The notes under the pieces are model-generated. The model was given only the letters and a program-made list of their open reading frames with translations, did not search any database and had not been told where the DNA came from. Below are positions 1-9,545 of a stretch of 64,000 nucleotides of DNA, one piece after another. Each line of letters starts with the position of its first letter. Positions within the stretch are counted from its first letter, which is position 1. This DNA comes from a virus (taxonomy: Duplodnaviria; Heunggongvirae; Uroviricota; Caudoviricetes), in IMG/VR virus record IMGVR_UViG_3300032093_014924. The stretch is one strand, 5' to 3'. The position numbers and the translations under genes were made by a program.

Positions 1-534
1 TCTAACCCATAATGGAGATTGTGTTACATCATCACCATAATATGAATTATTTTTACCAATATTAAAATTATAAACATTTGGTTTATATTTTAAATAATCA
101 TTCAAATCTTCTTCTATTTTTTCTAAATTAACCCCATATTTTTTTATAAATGTTTCATACCAAGTTTTTGTGATACCAGCATGACTGAAGACAAAATCAT
201 TATATTTATAACAGATATTAAGATAGTTTTTGTTAAATGCCTTATCTAACATTTCTTCTATCCTATATCTATATATGTGTTGATAACCACTATATTTTTC
301 GTATATGTTTTTCATATAATGGAAATCGTGATTACCTATCAATAAAATAACCTTATCTTCATTCTCTTCTTTAAATTTAATTAAATCTTTAAAGTTAGCA
401 TCTTGATGCTCATATGGAATATTAAAAGAATCAAAATAATCACCAATAAATACATATTTATCTGCGGATTCTTTTTTTACAATATCCAACCATACACCTC
501 TGCCATGCAAATCACCAATTACAACTATTTTCAT
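1..534 (-). CDS. Metallophosphoesterase / Ser-Thr phosphatase-like protein; partial, the 3' end runs off the window
   Basis: Minus-strand translation from the ATG at 532-534 reads MKIVVIGDLHGRG...FIGDYFD...LLIGNHDFHY, the calcineurin-like GDxHG/GDxxD/GNHD signature. Promoter motif directly upstream. Confidence 0.7.
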   Translation of the reverse strand, partial: MKIVVIGDLHGRGVWLDIVKKESADKYVFIGDYFDSFNIPYEHQDANFKDLIKFKEENEDKVILLIGNHDFHYMKNIYEKYSGYQHIYRYRIEEMLDKAFNKNYLNICYKYNDFVFSHAGITKTWYETFIKKYGVNLEKIEEDLNDYLKYKPNVYNFNIGKNNSYYGDDVTQSPLWVR

Positions 535-556
535 AATACAAATATACTAATAAAAT
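535..556 (-). promoter_or_regulatory. conserved upstream motif instance (TTAGTATATTTGTATT-ATG)
   Basis: Reverse complement of aatacaaatatactaataaaat directly 5' of the ATG at 532-534. Confidence 0.55.
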
Positions 557-557
557 C

Positions 558-836
558 CTAAAAATTACTGTTATGTGGTAAAATTATTTTAAAATTAAGT
601 AAAATAATTAATAACCCTGTCATAAACGATATAACATCTAAAATAGTTATATCATCAAAAATTTTCATATATAAAAAAAATAATCTGTTTTTAACACTTA
701 ATGGTAGTAAATTTGTAAATATCTTTAATACCTCTGATATTATATATGATAAAAATAATATTATAAAAAGATTAAAGTAAAACGATAACATTATAAAACA
801 TAAATTGATATGTATTGTGCTAACTTGTATCCACAA
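558..836 (-). CDS. hypothetical small membrane protein
   Basis: Hydrophobic 92-aa ORF on the dominant strand. Confidence 0.3.
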   Translation of the reverse strand: MWIQVSTIHINLCFIMLSFYFNLFIILFLSYIISEVLKIFTNLLPLSVKNRLFFLYMKIFDDITILDVISFMTGLLIILLNFKIILPHNSNF

Positions 837-1114
837 AAAGCACCTAATGTGGCTGAACCAGGTAAAACAATAAGTTTACCAAACATTGTTTCATATTTAT
901 TTCTATTAACAATATATGATATAAACATATAATATACAAAAAAATTTATGAATACCGCTAAATCATTGTTTTTGCTAATAAAAACAACTATCGAATTACC
1001 AAAAAACCCCCAAAGAAAATTAATAAGAGTTTCCTTAATTAATTCTATTGGTGATGTTATGGCATCAAATAACTTTATTTTATTTGTTAATATCTTTCTA
1101 CCCTTTTCTTTCAA
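791..1114 (-). CDS. hypothetical membrane protein
   Basis: 107-aa ORF with hydrophobic segments on the dominant strand. Confidence 0.35.
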   Translation of the reverse strand: MKEKGRKILTNKIKLFDAITSPIELIKETLINFLWGFFGNSIVVFISKNNDLAVFINFFVYYMFISYIVNRNKYETMFGKLIVLPGSATLGAFCGYKLAQYISIYVL

Positions 1115-1632
1115 CTTAAAATAACATTTATATTAAAATCTTTTATATTACCATTGATAATGTTTTCTTTCCCCCAAGCCTCAAACTTAGGAATGTGTTC
1201 AAGCCTGTCATCCCACATCTCAACATACTCAACATTTTCGTATTTCTTAATTAACTTATCCAAAATACTTAATTTAAATTTATCTGTACTACCACCATCA
1301 TTATAGTAATATTCATCAAAATGTAAATCATGTTTATCCAGAATCTTTTCAACATCACCAGACAACTTTTTAATCCTACCAGTCAGCAACACTACCAATA
1401 TTTTATCATTACCATAGTTCTCTTTGTAATCATCCACGACTTTTTTGTTAACATCAATATCAAATATTTCATCGTCAAGTGATTCTTTTCGACCCCACCA
1501 ACCACTATGTGGCCAATCTTTACCAGTTTTGTTTTTATACTCAATTTTACCATCTTCAGGTAATGGAGTATACGCAATGGTTTGGTCAAAATCAAAAACA
1601 GCAATCTTTTTTATATTTTCTACTTTCTTCAT
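1111..1632 (-). CDS. HAD-superfamily hydrolase (phosphatase/nucleotidase-like)
   Basis: N-terminal VFDFDQTIAY = HAD motif I DxDxT. ATGA start overlaps the downstream gene. Confidence 0.5.
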   Translation of the reverse strand: MKKVENIKKIAVFDFDQTIAYTPLPEDGKIEYKNKTGKDWPHSGWWGRKESLDDEIFDIDVNKKVVDDYKENYGNDKILVVLLTGRIKKLSGDVEKILDKHDLHFDEYYYNDGGSTDKFKLSILDKLIKKYENVEYVEMWDDRLEHIPKFEAWGKENIINGNIKDFNINVILS

Positions 1633-1684
1633 TTTTTTTATCTAAATTTAAGCTTATGTACACAAAAGTGTACATTTTCTTTTA

Positions 1685-2182
1685 CTATTTTGTTTTAGGT
1701 CTTATTATCGTAAACATTTTTTTACCATCTAATTTTGGCATAAATTCTGCTGTTGATACATTTTCTAATTTAACCAATAGATTAAGAAACAATGTTTTTG
1801 CGTTATCTATGTAATTCATTTCTCTACCCCTAAATTCCATAGTTATTTTAACTTTATGACCTTTATTTATAAAATCAATAATATGATTTATACGGTAATT
1901 TAAATCATTTTCAGAAATATTCGGACCTATTTTTATTTCTTTTAAATCTATTTTTTTAGGTTTATTGTTTTTATTTTGTTCATATAAAAATTTTTCATAT
2001 TTAAGTAATTTACAAAAACCAATATTATCATTGTTATCAATGTTAAAAAGAACTAAGTCCATATTTTGGGTATTAGCCAAAGATAGAGCCTCAGTTAATG
2101 ATATAACACCAATTTCTGGTAATCTTACTTGAGAAACTTTTATTTCTTCATTAATTAAATGTTTTTTTTCTTTGTTTTTCAT
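1685..2182 (-). CDS. infC: Translation initiation factor IF-3
   Basis: 165 aa. INEEIKVSQVRL, GVISLTEAL, DLVLF, KYEKFLYEQNK, KEIKIGPNISENDL and FRGREM align along the whole length with bacterial IF3 (GIVSLxEAL...DLV...YGKFxYE...KEIKxRP...FRGRE). Confidence 0.85.
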   Translation of the reverse strand: MKNKEKKHLINEEIKVSQVRLPEIGVISLTEALSLANTQNMDLVLFNIDNNDNIGFCKLLKYEKFLYEQNKNNKPKKIDLKEIKIGPNISENDLNYRINHIIDFINKGHKVKITMEFRGREMNYIDNAKTLFLNLLVKLENVSTAEFMPKLDGKKMFTIIRPKTK

Positions 2183-2388
2183 TATTTCAATTCAATAATA
2201 TAATTATCACTATTAAATAAATTTTTAGATATCGTATAACCTTTTTTATTAACTAAAAATATTAATTCATCTAATATTTCTTGGTTTACACCATTAATAT
2301 AAACTCTTTTAAGTTTATTATTAACCGATGTGTTAATAAATTGTTCAATCTTATCTATTGAAATATCATCTTTTATGTTTAATTCCAT
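2182..2388 (-). CDS. hypothetical protein
   Basis: 68-aa ORF abutting infC on the dominant strand. Confidence 0.4.
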   Translation of the reverse strand: MELNIKDDISIDKIEQFINTSVNNKLKRVYINGVNQEILDELIFLVNKKGYTISKNLFNSDNYIIELK

Positions 2389-2390
2389 GA

Positions 2391-4001
2391 TTAGTTAAAA
2401 AAAGTTGTAAAATTAACATCACCATCTTTATCACTCATAAAACAAATATGTTGAGCTTTACCATCATTGTGTATTATAACATGTGATTGTAACCAAGAAG
2501 AAGGTCCTAAGTTATAACTTAATCTAAGCTTTGTAGATGTTCCTACGGCTAAAGCACCATCTTTTCTTCCTGGTGTGTGATAATGGCCTAATATTATTTT
2601 GGTATTCAAACGCCTAAAATTTTCTAATGAGCCTCTTGAACCATTACTGGCTAAATCACCATGGACACCAAGTTCCCAACCACCTTTAACTTTATATGAT
2701 GATTTCCTATCTAATGTTATATATTTAGGATAAACTTTATTAATTAAATGTGGTATGACACCTTTTATTGCTGAACCACCATTAGAATATTGTTCTAACA
2801 ATATATCTGATAATTGCATGTATAATCTAGAATTTTTAAAAGTTGGTTGTTTTTTCCAATCTTCATTTTTCAACCATCTATCTAAAAAATCATCATGATT
2901 ACTTCTTACGATAACGACATTATCAAACTGTTCAAATGGTTTTAAACAATTCATTAATATATCTATTTCTTTGTTTAAATCATTCGTACCATTAATTTCT
3001 TTTCCATATTGAATAAAAGGGTCTTTAAGTTCATGGTGTGATATTGAATAACCATCAAACACATCGTGTAATACAACATGCTTTGGTTTAATTATTTTCA
3101 ATAAATCTAGGGTTTTATTTATTACATTTTGGTCATGATGACCAAAATGCATATCACCAAATACAATAGCTTCAATTGATTTTATTTTATTAACGACACC
3201 ATCTTGTACATTATAACATAAATCATTGAAAGAACCAGTTTTATCATCGGCTGTTACTTGTCTAACATAAAATACTTCATCATCTTTTATTTCAATAATA
3301 CAAAAACCAAATGTATGATGGAAATCACCTTTTTTACCAGCCTTAGAATCTGTATAGTTCTTAATTGTTAAGGCACCAGTTGACAACATCATTTTAGGGT
3401 GATTATTATCCAATACTGGAATCATCTCCATTTGAATTTTAGGTGCGCCAAAGATACATGTATTAACACCACTCAATGAATTAAGGCCACTCATTGGATT
3501 TACTGCTGTTGGTTGTATCTTAACATCTGACATAATAGACACATATTTATGAATATCATGTCTATTAGCATCAGAATATTTAATTATTTCTGGTGACCAT
3601 GTTTCTTCTTGTTTTATTTTATCACTAGCAGATAACGAAGTAGGGTTTTTATATCTTCCTAATATAACATGTATATCAGCATTTATTTCTTTAGCGTAGG
3701 CTTCTATATTCTCTAAAAATTTTTTATGAACATTTGTATTACTTTGTGCCCAAGTTATTATAAACCTTTGTTTATCTTTATCAAATTGCCTTTTTTTAGC
3801 TAACTCGTATTGCTCAGAAATTGGTTGTTCTTTTTCTTTTAAAAAGAATTTTTCTGCTACCCATTTTCTAATCGTTCTTTCAGACACTTCAAATAATTTA
3901 GATAACTCAATCGCTTTCTTTTCCCAAGACAAACCATTTTTATTTAAGTATGTCTCTTTAATCAACTCAATGTCTTTTTCATTTAATTCATTAAACCTCA
4001 T
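2391..4001 (-). CDS. HTH domain + calcineurin-like metallophosphoesterase
   Basis: N-terminal SERTIRKWVAEK helix-turn-helix-like segment. FGDMHFGHHD and C-terminal GHYHTPGR are metallophosphatase motifs. Confidence 0.55.
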   Translation of the reverse strand: MRFNELNEKDIELIKETYLNKNGLSWEKKAIELSKLFEVSERTIRKWVAEKFFLKEKEQPISEQYELAKKRQFDKDKQRFIITWAQSNTNVHKKFLENIEAYAKEINADIHVILGRYKNPTSLSASDKIKQEETWSPEIIKYSDANRHDIHKYVSIMSDVKIQPTAVNPMSGLNSLSGVNTCIFGAPKIQMEMIPVLDNNHPKMMLSTGALTIKNYTDSKAGKKGDFHHTFGFCIIEIKDDEVFYVRQVTADDKTGSFNDLCYNVQDGVVNKIKSIEAIVFGDMHFGHHDQNVINKTLDLLKIIKPKHVVLHDVFDGYSISHHELKDPFIQYGKEINGTNDLNKEIDILMNCLKPFEQFDNVVIVRSNHDDFLDRWLKNEDWKKQPTFKNSRLYMQLSDILLEQYSNGGSAIKGVIPHLINKVYPKYITLDRKSSYKVKGGWELGVHGDLASNGSRGSLENFRRLNTKIILGHYHTPGRKDGALAVGTSTKLRLSYNLGPSSWLQSHVIIHNDGKAQHICFMSDKDGDVNFTTFFN

Positions 4002-4022
4002 TATCAGTTTTTTTAGTAATAA

Positions 4023-4388
4023 TTATTTTATTTTTTTCCATTCACGAATATGGTATTTAGTTTTATATCGACCATATTCAATCTTACCAAGATAAAGTAT
4101 TATATCTAAGGCCATTGGTAATTCACTATATAATTTATCCCATTCAGCAATCTGTTCTTCTGTATATACAATATCACCAGTATCGTTTAATGGGTCAAAA
4201 TTAGTTGGTTTACCATTCAAGATTAAATCAATAGCATAATACAAATCATCTTCGCCAAATGGTGGTATAACTTCATCAAATTCATTTGTTGAAATACCGT
4301 TTATTATTTTGTCTTTACCTAAACTCCAATTAAGGTTTTTAAGTAATTTAACATGCTCTTCTTTTAACTCAAATTTTAATACACTCAT
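4023..4388 (-). CDS. hypothetical protein
   Basis: 121-aa ORF with ATGA overlap to the upstream gene. Confidence 0.4.
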   Translation of the reverse strand: MSVLKFELKEEHVKLLKNLNWSLGKDKIINGISTNEFDEVIPPFGEDDLYYAIDLILNGKPTNFDPLNDTGDIVYTEEQIAEWDKLYSELPMALDIILYLGKIEYGRYKTKYHIREWKKIK

Positions 4389-4699
4389 AGTTTATCATTT
4401 TTTTTAGTCGGGTCATACCATAAATATGTGGCTGTTAATTCTTCACCATCATTTATGTCTTTAATTGTCGCCAATTTTAAAAAGTCACCATCATATAAGA
4501 CAATACAATTGGGTTCGTCAGAATGGTTAAAAAAGGCCCCTAACGGTGTTCTAATATAACCATCTTCAAATCTAATATCTCTAACATGTGTTATACCGAG
4601 TATAACATTTTTTGGTATGTCATTCGTAGCGAATAATCCAAGTCCATCAATATTAGATGATTTAACAGTTAAAAACTCTGGTAATGGTCTATAATTCAT
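4385..4699 (-). CDS. SET-domain protein (putative lysine methyltransferase)
   Basis: 104 aa with GLGLFATNDIPKN, FFNHSDEPNC and GEELTATY, the SET core motifs GxG/NHSxxPN/ELTxxY. Size resembles minimal viral/bacterial SET proteins. Confidence 0.65.
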   Translation of the reverse strand: MNYRPLPEFLTVKSSNIDGLGLFATNDIPKNVILGITHVRDIRFEDGYIRTPLGAFFNHSDEPNCIVLYDGDFLKLATIKDINDGEELTATYLWYDPTKKNDKL

Positions 4700-4700
4700 A

Positions 4701-5993
4701 TTATCCTTTCACAACACCAAAACCAATGTTATCTCTTTCAGCCTCTATTTGAGAATGATAAAAACCTTTATAAGATTCTTTTATTAACTGAAGCGTATCT
4801 TCTAGACTCCACTCTACATTATCTATGGTCATATCTTTTATATTCTCAGACAAGTTATAAATAAACGCACCAGTTATTTTAGTCTTCTTACCATTTATTT
4901 TACCAGTGAGTAAATTATAAACTTCTTTAACTCTCCACTTTTCAGGTAAATAAAGTTCACATACTTTTCTTATTTGCTCATCTGTTAAGAAACCATAATC
5001 AATAATGAAATTAAATCTACCTGGTCTTTCAGCTGCTTTATCAACTAATTTTTTATCATTTGTTGACGCAATAAAACTTATTTTTTGTTTTTTAATACCA
5101 TCAAATATTGTTAAGAATTCACCCAAATTTTGAGTATAACCTCCAGTATCTCTTGACCCAATGAACAAATCAATATCATCCATTATGATAACAGCTTTGT
5201 CGAAGATATTACATGTTTCAATGATTGTTGCCAAATCAGACCCATCAACAAAATCTGGGATAATGAAAGTAGAATTAGGTAATAATTTTTTAGCTATTTC
5301 TCTAATTGTTTTAGTTTTACCTGTTCCTGGTTCACCATTCAACAAATATCTTAAATTACCACCTCTAGACACCACATTAACAAAATGGTCAATGAATTTG
5401 TTTTGAGTGTCATTTAACACTAGTAAATCATTATCACTATCATTGGTTTCAATTATTTCAATACCATGAAATGATGATTCATAAAATTTAACTTTAATTA
5501 CTTTGCCAACATATTTTGAAGAATTAAACGCTACCTTTTTCAATTTTTGAAAAATGTTATTAATTTCTTCATCCTTTATTTTCTTGTTTGTTGATATGTT
5601 TAAAAAACATTCAAAATCACCTCTACTGTTAACATATGCTCTAGTTTGAAAAATTAATAGATAATCATATTCTTTTAATTTACCCATAAACCAAAATGAT
5701 TCAGTATCTTCATGAACACCACCTTGTTCTAATTGTCCAATGTGATTAACTTTACCATATGTCATTACATTAACATCACTTTTATTTTTATTATCTTTAA
5801 AGCAAGATAATAAATATGAATTTATTACTGATAACTCAATAAAAGAAATTTTTTCTACTATTTGATTAACATTTGATAATCCATCGTCTGCGTCATCATC
5901 AATCCCAAGATTAAGTTTACTCATCTCATAAACCTCATGAGGCATGTCAAAATATTCGTCAATACTTCTGGTTTTAATTTTACCTTTTTTCAT
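4701..5993 (-). CDS. AAA+ ATPase
   Basis: Walker A LLNGEPGTGKTK and Walker B IIMDDIDLF. 430 aa. Confidence 0.7.
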   Translation of the reverse strand: MKKGKIKTRSIDEYFDMPHEVYEMSKLNLGIDDDADDGLSNVNQIVEKISFIELSVINSYLLSCFKDNKNKSDVNVMTYGKVNHIGQLEQGGVHEDTESFWFMGKLKEYDYLLIFQTRAYVNSRGDFECFLNISTNKKIKDEEINNIFQKLKKVAFNSSKYVGKVIKVKFYESSFHGIEIIETNDSDNDLLVLNDTQNKFIDHFVNVVSRGGNLRYLLNGEPGTGKTKTIREIAKKLLPNSTFIIPDFVDGSDLATIIETCNIFDKAVIIMDDIDLFIGSRDTGGYTQNLGEFLTIFDGIKKQKISFIASTNDKKLVDKAAERPGRFNFIIDYGFLTDEQIRKVCELYLPEKWRVKEVYNLLTGKINGKKTKITGAFIYNLSENIKDMTIDNVEWSLEDTLQLIKESYKGFYHSQIEAERDNIGFGVVKG

Positions 5994-6003
5994 TTTTTTT
6001 TAT

Positions 6004-6429
6004 TTAAATTAATTCTTTAATTACACTACTTACTAAATTATTATCAAAGTTTTTACCTTTATTCTCCTTATTGAATTTACCAATTAGGAAACCAGAATTT
6101 TTATTATCCCCAGATTGTATATAATCACTAATTATAGACCTAATTTCATTTTCTGTCATTGGTTTAGGTAAATAATCTTGTAAATAACTTAATTCCGTTT
6201 CATCATCAGATGACGATACATTTATTTTCTTTTTGTTTTCTATTGTCTCTTTAAGGTTTTTCTCAATAATCTTTAAAACCTTTAAAACATTTTCATCTGT
6301 TGATTCGATTAACTTTTTTTCTTGTGTTTCAATAGATGCTTTTAACAAACCTAAAAAGTTTTTCTTACCCATGTTTTTTTCTTTAAACGCTTGGATAAAA
6401 TCTTTACTGATTCTTTCTTTTATTAACAT
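6004..6429 (-). CDS. GatB/YqeY-like domain protein (tentative)
   Basis: 141-aa helical protein whose pattern resembles YqeY/GatB C-terminal domains. Weak. Confidence 0.35.
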   Translation of the reverse strand: MLIKERISKDFIQAFKEKNMGKKNFLGLLKASIETQEKKLIESTDENVLKVLKIIEKNLKETIENKKKINVSSSDDETELSYLQDYLPKPMTENEIRSIISDYIQSGDNKNSGFLIGKFNKENKGKNFDNNLVSSVIKELI

Positions 6430-6488
6430 ATTTTTTTAGTTACTTAATGCAAAGATACATAATATTTGCAAGCAAAACAAGTTTTTTT

Positions 6489-6698
6489 TTAATTTTGAAT
6501 AAGTTTTACTTTTTTATTCTTTAAATTAATTAATAATGAAACATATAGGTCATTATCTTTGTATAAGTCATTAAATAAATTAATATTCAATAAAGATTCG
6601 TTTATTGAATCAATAGTCTCACATTTGTCTATCTTATCTATCAAGATATTATATCTATTCAAAATATCTTTAGGCTTTTCGTCAAACATTCTTTTCAT
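6489..6698 (-). CDS. hypothetical protein
   Basis: 69-aa ORF on the dominant strand. Confidence 0.3.
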   Translation of the reverse strand: MKRMFDEKPKDILNRYNILIDKIDKCETIDSINESLLNINLFNDLYKDNDLYVSLLINLKNKKVKLIQN

Positions 6699-6933
6699 TT
6701 AATTTATTCAAATGAAAAATAGATGCCTTAATCAAATCATCTTTATCGTGATAACTATTATCATCAGCCAATTTAATTAACATACATAGTGTTTCACAAA
6801 CGCATGTTATGTCGTCCAAAATAATTTTTTTAGCTTCTTCTTTAGTTTCTGGTTGTTTGAAATCATCTGGTTTACCTATTTTTACAGGTATATCCCTTTC
6901 AGTGTCAATATCAATTATAAGTGTGTTTTTCAT
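6682..6933 (-). CDS. hypothetical protein
   Basis: 83-aa ORF. Promoter-motif variant GTAACAAATGTACTAAA directly upstream. Confidence 0.4.
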   Translation of the reverse strand: MKNTLIIDIDTERDIPVKIGKPDDFKQPETKEEAKKIILDDITCVCETLCMLIKLADDNSYHDKDDLIKASIFHLNKLNEKNV

Positions 6934-7033
6934 GTAACAAATGTACTAAATATATATAACAAAAAAAAGAAAAAACTATAAAAAATTATATTATTATTGA
7001 TATTTCAATAAAAAAAATATTATTTATTTTTAT

Positions 7034-7582
7034 TTGTTAAAATATTTATTAATAAATACATTAATTATGGATAAAATAACATTAGACCGAATTGCATTAC
7101 TACATCCTAAAGTAAGGGAAGAAGTTAGAGATATTTACGTGAATAAAATAACCCAAGCATTAACTGGTAGAGCAATATGTAGATTTGCTTATACTTTAAG
7201 AACATTTCAAGAACAAGATGCTTTATATGCTCAAGGTAGAACAAGATTATTTGATGCTAATGGTAATAGACTTGGTGTCGTAACTAAAGCTAAAGGTGGT
7301 CAATCTATTCATAATTTCGGTTTAGCTTTAGACATTGTTTTAATTGTTGATAATAAAACAGCTAGTTGGGACACTGTAATTGATTTTGATAAAGATGGTA
7401 AATCAGATTGGATGGAAGTTGTTAATATATTTAAATCACATGGTTGGATATGGGGTGGTGATTGGAAATCCTTTAAAGATAGGCCACATTTTGAAAAAAC
7501 ATTTGGTTATACTTGGCAACAGTTATTAGCAAAACACAATGCTAAAGATTTCATAAAAGGGACCAATTATGTTAATCTTTGA
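7034..7582 (+). CDS. Peptidase M15 family L-alanyl-D-glutamate peptidase (endolysin-type cell-wall hydrolase)
   Basis: SIHNFGLALD ... GGDW ... DRPHFE matches the SxHxxGxAxD ... DxxH zinc-ligand pattern of VanY/T5-type endolysins. One of the few plus-strand genes. Confidence 0.7.
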   Translation: MLKYLLINTLIMDKITLDRIALLHPKVREEVRDIYVNKITQALTGRAICRFAYTLRTFQEQDALYAQGRTRLFDANGNRLGVVTKAKGGQSIHNFGLALDIVLIVDNKTASWDTVIDFDKDGKSDWMEVVNIFKSHGWIWGGDWKSFKDRPHFEKTFGYTWQQLLAKHNAKDFIKGTNYVNL

Positions 7583-8049
7583 TTGATTACTTTTTTATAT
7601 ACGTCTAACCATTCTGGTAATCTTTCGTTTTCTTTAATAATATAATCTATCGCTTTTGTTTTTATGTATTTGTTATCTGCTTCATTAATCATTATCATAT
7701 ATGATTTTAAATTAATTGCAGATTCTTTAACATAATCTTCATAATTTAATTTGTCGGCTATTTTTAAATATTTTGCAATTAACCAACCAATATCCCAAGC
7801 ATTTATTTCCTGTTCTAATATTAAAAACTTACTGACATTTATATTTTTTTTTTCTATTTGAAATAAACTAACTGGTTGAATAACATGCCCCAATTCATGT
7901 AATAATGAAAAACATTTATTATTTATTGTTTGTTTGTTGTGTATTAAAATTATTTTATTTTCTAAATCAATATAAGTATCATTACTATTAAGATTAACAT
8001 CAATTAATAATTCTTTTTTCGCAAATTCATTTATTTTGTTTAACACCAT
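7567..8049 (-). CDS. HExxH metallopeptidase-like protein
   Basis: SLLHELGHVIQ = HExxH zinc-binding motif. 160 aa. Confidence 0.4.
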   Translation of the reverse strand: MVLNKINEFAKKELLIDVNLNSNDTYIDLENKIILIHNKQTINNKCFSLLHELGHVIQPVSLFQIEKKNINVSKFLILEQEINAWDIGWLIAKYLKIADKLNYEDYVKESAINLKSYMIMINEADNKYIKTKAIDYIIKENERLPEWLDVYKKVINQRLT

Positions 8050-8061
8050 ATATAATATCTT

Positions 8062-8226
8062 TTTTATTTTAATTTACCATTACCCCAATAGTATTCCCAA
8101 TAACCATGTCTGTTACCATTAACATAGTTTCCTTTATAATATAATTGACCATTAGAAAAATAGTGTTCCCAATAACCATGTGGTTGATTATTTTCATTTA
8201 TTGGTGTTATATTTTTTAAATTCATA
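8062..8226 (-). CDS. small MORN-repeat protein (not in the ORF track because it is under 60 aa)
   Basis: Manual translation MNLKNITPINENNQPHGYWEHYFSNGQLYYKGNYVNGNRHGYWEYYWGNGKLK carries YxNGxxxxxGxxxNGxxHGxW MORN repeats, paralogous to the next gene. Confidence 0.4.
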
Positions 8227-8458
8227 TGTAATATGTTTTAGATTTTAATTTACCAAAATATTCAAACCTCTCCCAATAACCATATGGTTTACCATTAAAA
8301 TATTTACCTTTATACATTATTGCACCATTACTATAATAAGATTCCCAATATCCATGAGGTTTATCATTAAAAAAATAACCTTTATACATTATGGCTCCAT
8401 TATCATAATACCATTCCCAATAACCATGTTTTTGGTTATTATCATTATATTGATTCAT
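8222..8458 (-). CDS. MORN-repeat protein
   Basis: Three tandem MORN-like repeats (HGYWEWYYDNGAIMYKGYFFNDKPHGYWESYYSNGAIMYKGKYFNGKPYGYWE). Confidence 0.5.
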   Translation of the reverse strand: MNQYNDNNQKHGYWEWYYDNGAIMYKGYFFNDKPHGYWESYYSNGAIMYKGKYFNGKPYGYWERFEYFGKLKSKTYYI

Positions 8459-8798
8459 TTTTTTTAATTAAATCCCTTAACCTAGCAGCTTCTTCATAGT
8501 TTTCTTCATCAACAGCTTTTTCTAGTAGTTTTTCCATATCAGGTTCTTCACTAATAAGACCTAATTTAACTAAAATAGTACCATTTATATCCCATGTTGT
8601 TTTTTCATATTTAACACCATCAATTTTTACTATTTCAACCTTAATTAAATTAGCCTTATTACCAACATCTTTAGAATCTAAACTTATATTTTTTTTAATA
8701 AAATCACTGATTTGTTGTATTTTATTATCAAGTTCAGCATCTTTTTTTATTTCCTCATCCCCAGAAAAAAAATCATTAAAAAGTTCGTCAAAAGTCAT
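8445..8798 (-). CDS. UVR-domain containing protein
   Basis: C-terminal YEEAARLRDLIKK resembles the UvrB/UvrC (UVR) motif. Confidence 0.35.
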   Translation of the reverse strand: MTFDELFNDFFSGDEEIKKDAELDNKIQQISDFIKKNISLDSKDVGNKANLIKVEIVKIDGVKYEKTTWDINGTILVKLGLISEEPDMEKLLEKAVDEENYEEAARLRDLIKKNESI

Positions 8799-9187
8799 AT
8801 TCTTATATTTTTAAAAAAGTTAATATTATATAAAAACAAATATACTAAAAAAAACATTATGCTCAAAATATACATAAACATTATTGTTATCCAATAATCA
8901 CCAGTTAACATATTAATTAAACTAACAACTATGTCATAACCAAAAGGATTAAAAAATAAAGCTAATGTTAACAACAAATTACCTAATTTGTTACCAATTT
9001 TTTTAAATGAAAAATAAGATAATCCAAACAATAGGGCCGACATAACGTATAATATACCCATTGTATGCCAATAATCTTTCGTTAATGTCATTAACTTGTA
9101 AACAACTATGTCGAACCCTAAAGGATTTAAAAAAGTTGATATACCTAAACATATAGTACCCATCTTTTTTTTCTCTATTACCATCAC
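8795..9187 (-). CDS. membrane protein with internal duplication (holin-like candidate)
   Basis: Two homologous halves (NPLGFDIVVYKLMTLTKDYW and NPFGYDIVVSLINMLTGDYW), each hydrophobic. 130 aa. Confidence 0.4.
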   Translation of the reverse strand: MMVIEKKKMGTICLGISTFLNPLGFDIVVYKLMTLTKDYWHTMGILYVMSALLFGLSYFSFKKIGNKLGNLLLTLALFFNPFGYDIVVSLINMLTGDYWITIMFMYILSIMFFLVYLFLYNINFFKNIRI

Positions 9188-9281
9188 AATCCATATTTAA
9201 ATAATTATTACCGAACAAAAAATATTATATATCTGTCCTTATGTATTTAATGCATTAATAAATATGAACTTAATTAAATAG

Positions 9282-9545
9282 TTATAGCTTTTTGCCCAAA
9301 TTAATAATTAATTCTTCTTCATCAGTTGATAATCTATGTTTGTTTTCAGATAATTTTAACAAAGCATTATAATAATCGCTATTTTCATACAAAGTAAGCT
9401 TTGACGTTAATACGCCATCTTTAATTATAACTGATTCATCTACATAACCATCTTCTTTTAGACATTTTAACAAATAATCGTAATCACGACTGTTCATTGC
9501 TGATAAAAAATCATCAATATCAATTTCAATTTCAACTGTTCTCAT
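9282..9545 (-). CDS. hypothetical protein
   Basis: 87-aa ORF on the dominant strand. Confidence 0.35.
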   Translation of the reverse strand: MRTVEIEIDIDDFLSAMNSRDYDYLLKCLKEDGYVDESVIIKDGVLTSKLTLYENSDYYNALLKLSENKHRLSTDEEELIINLGKKL

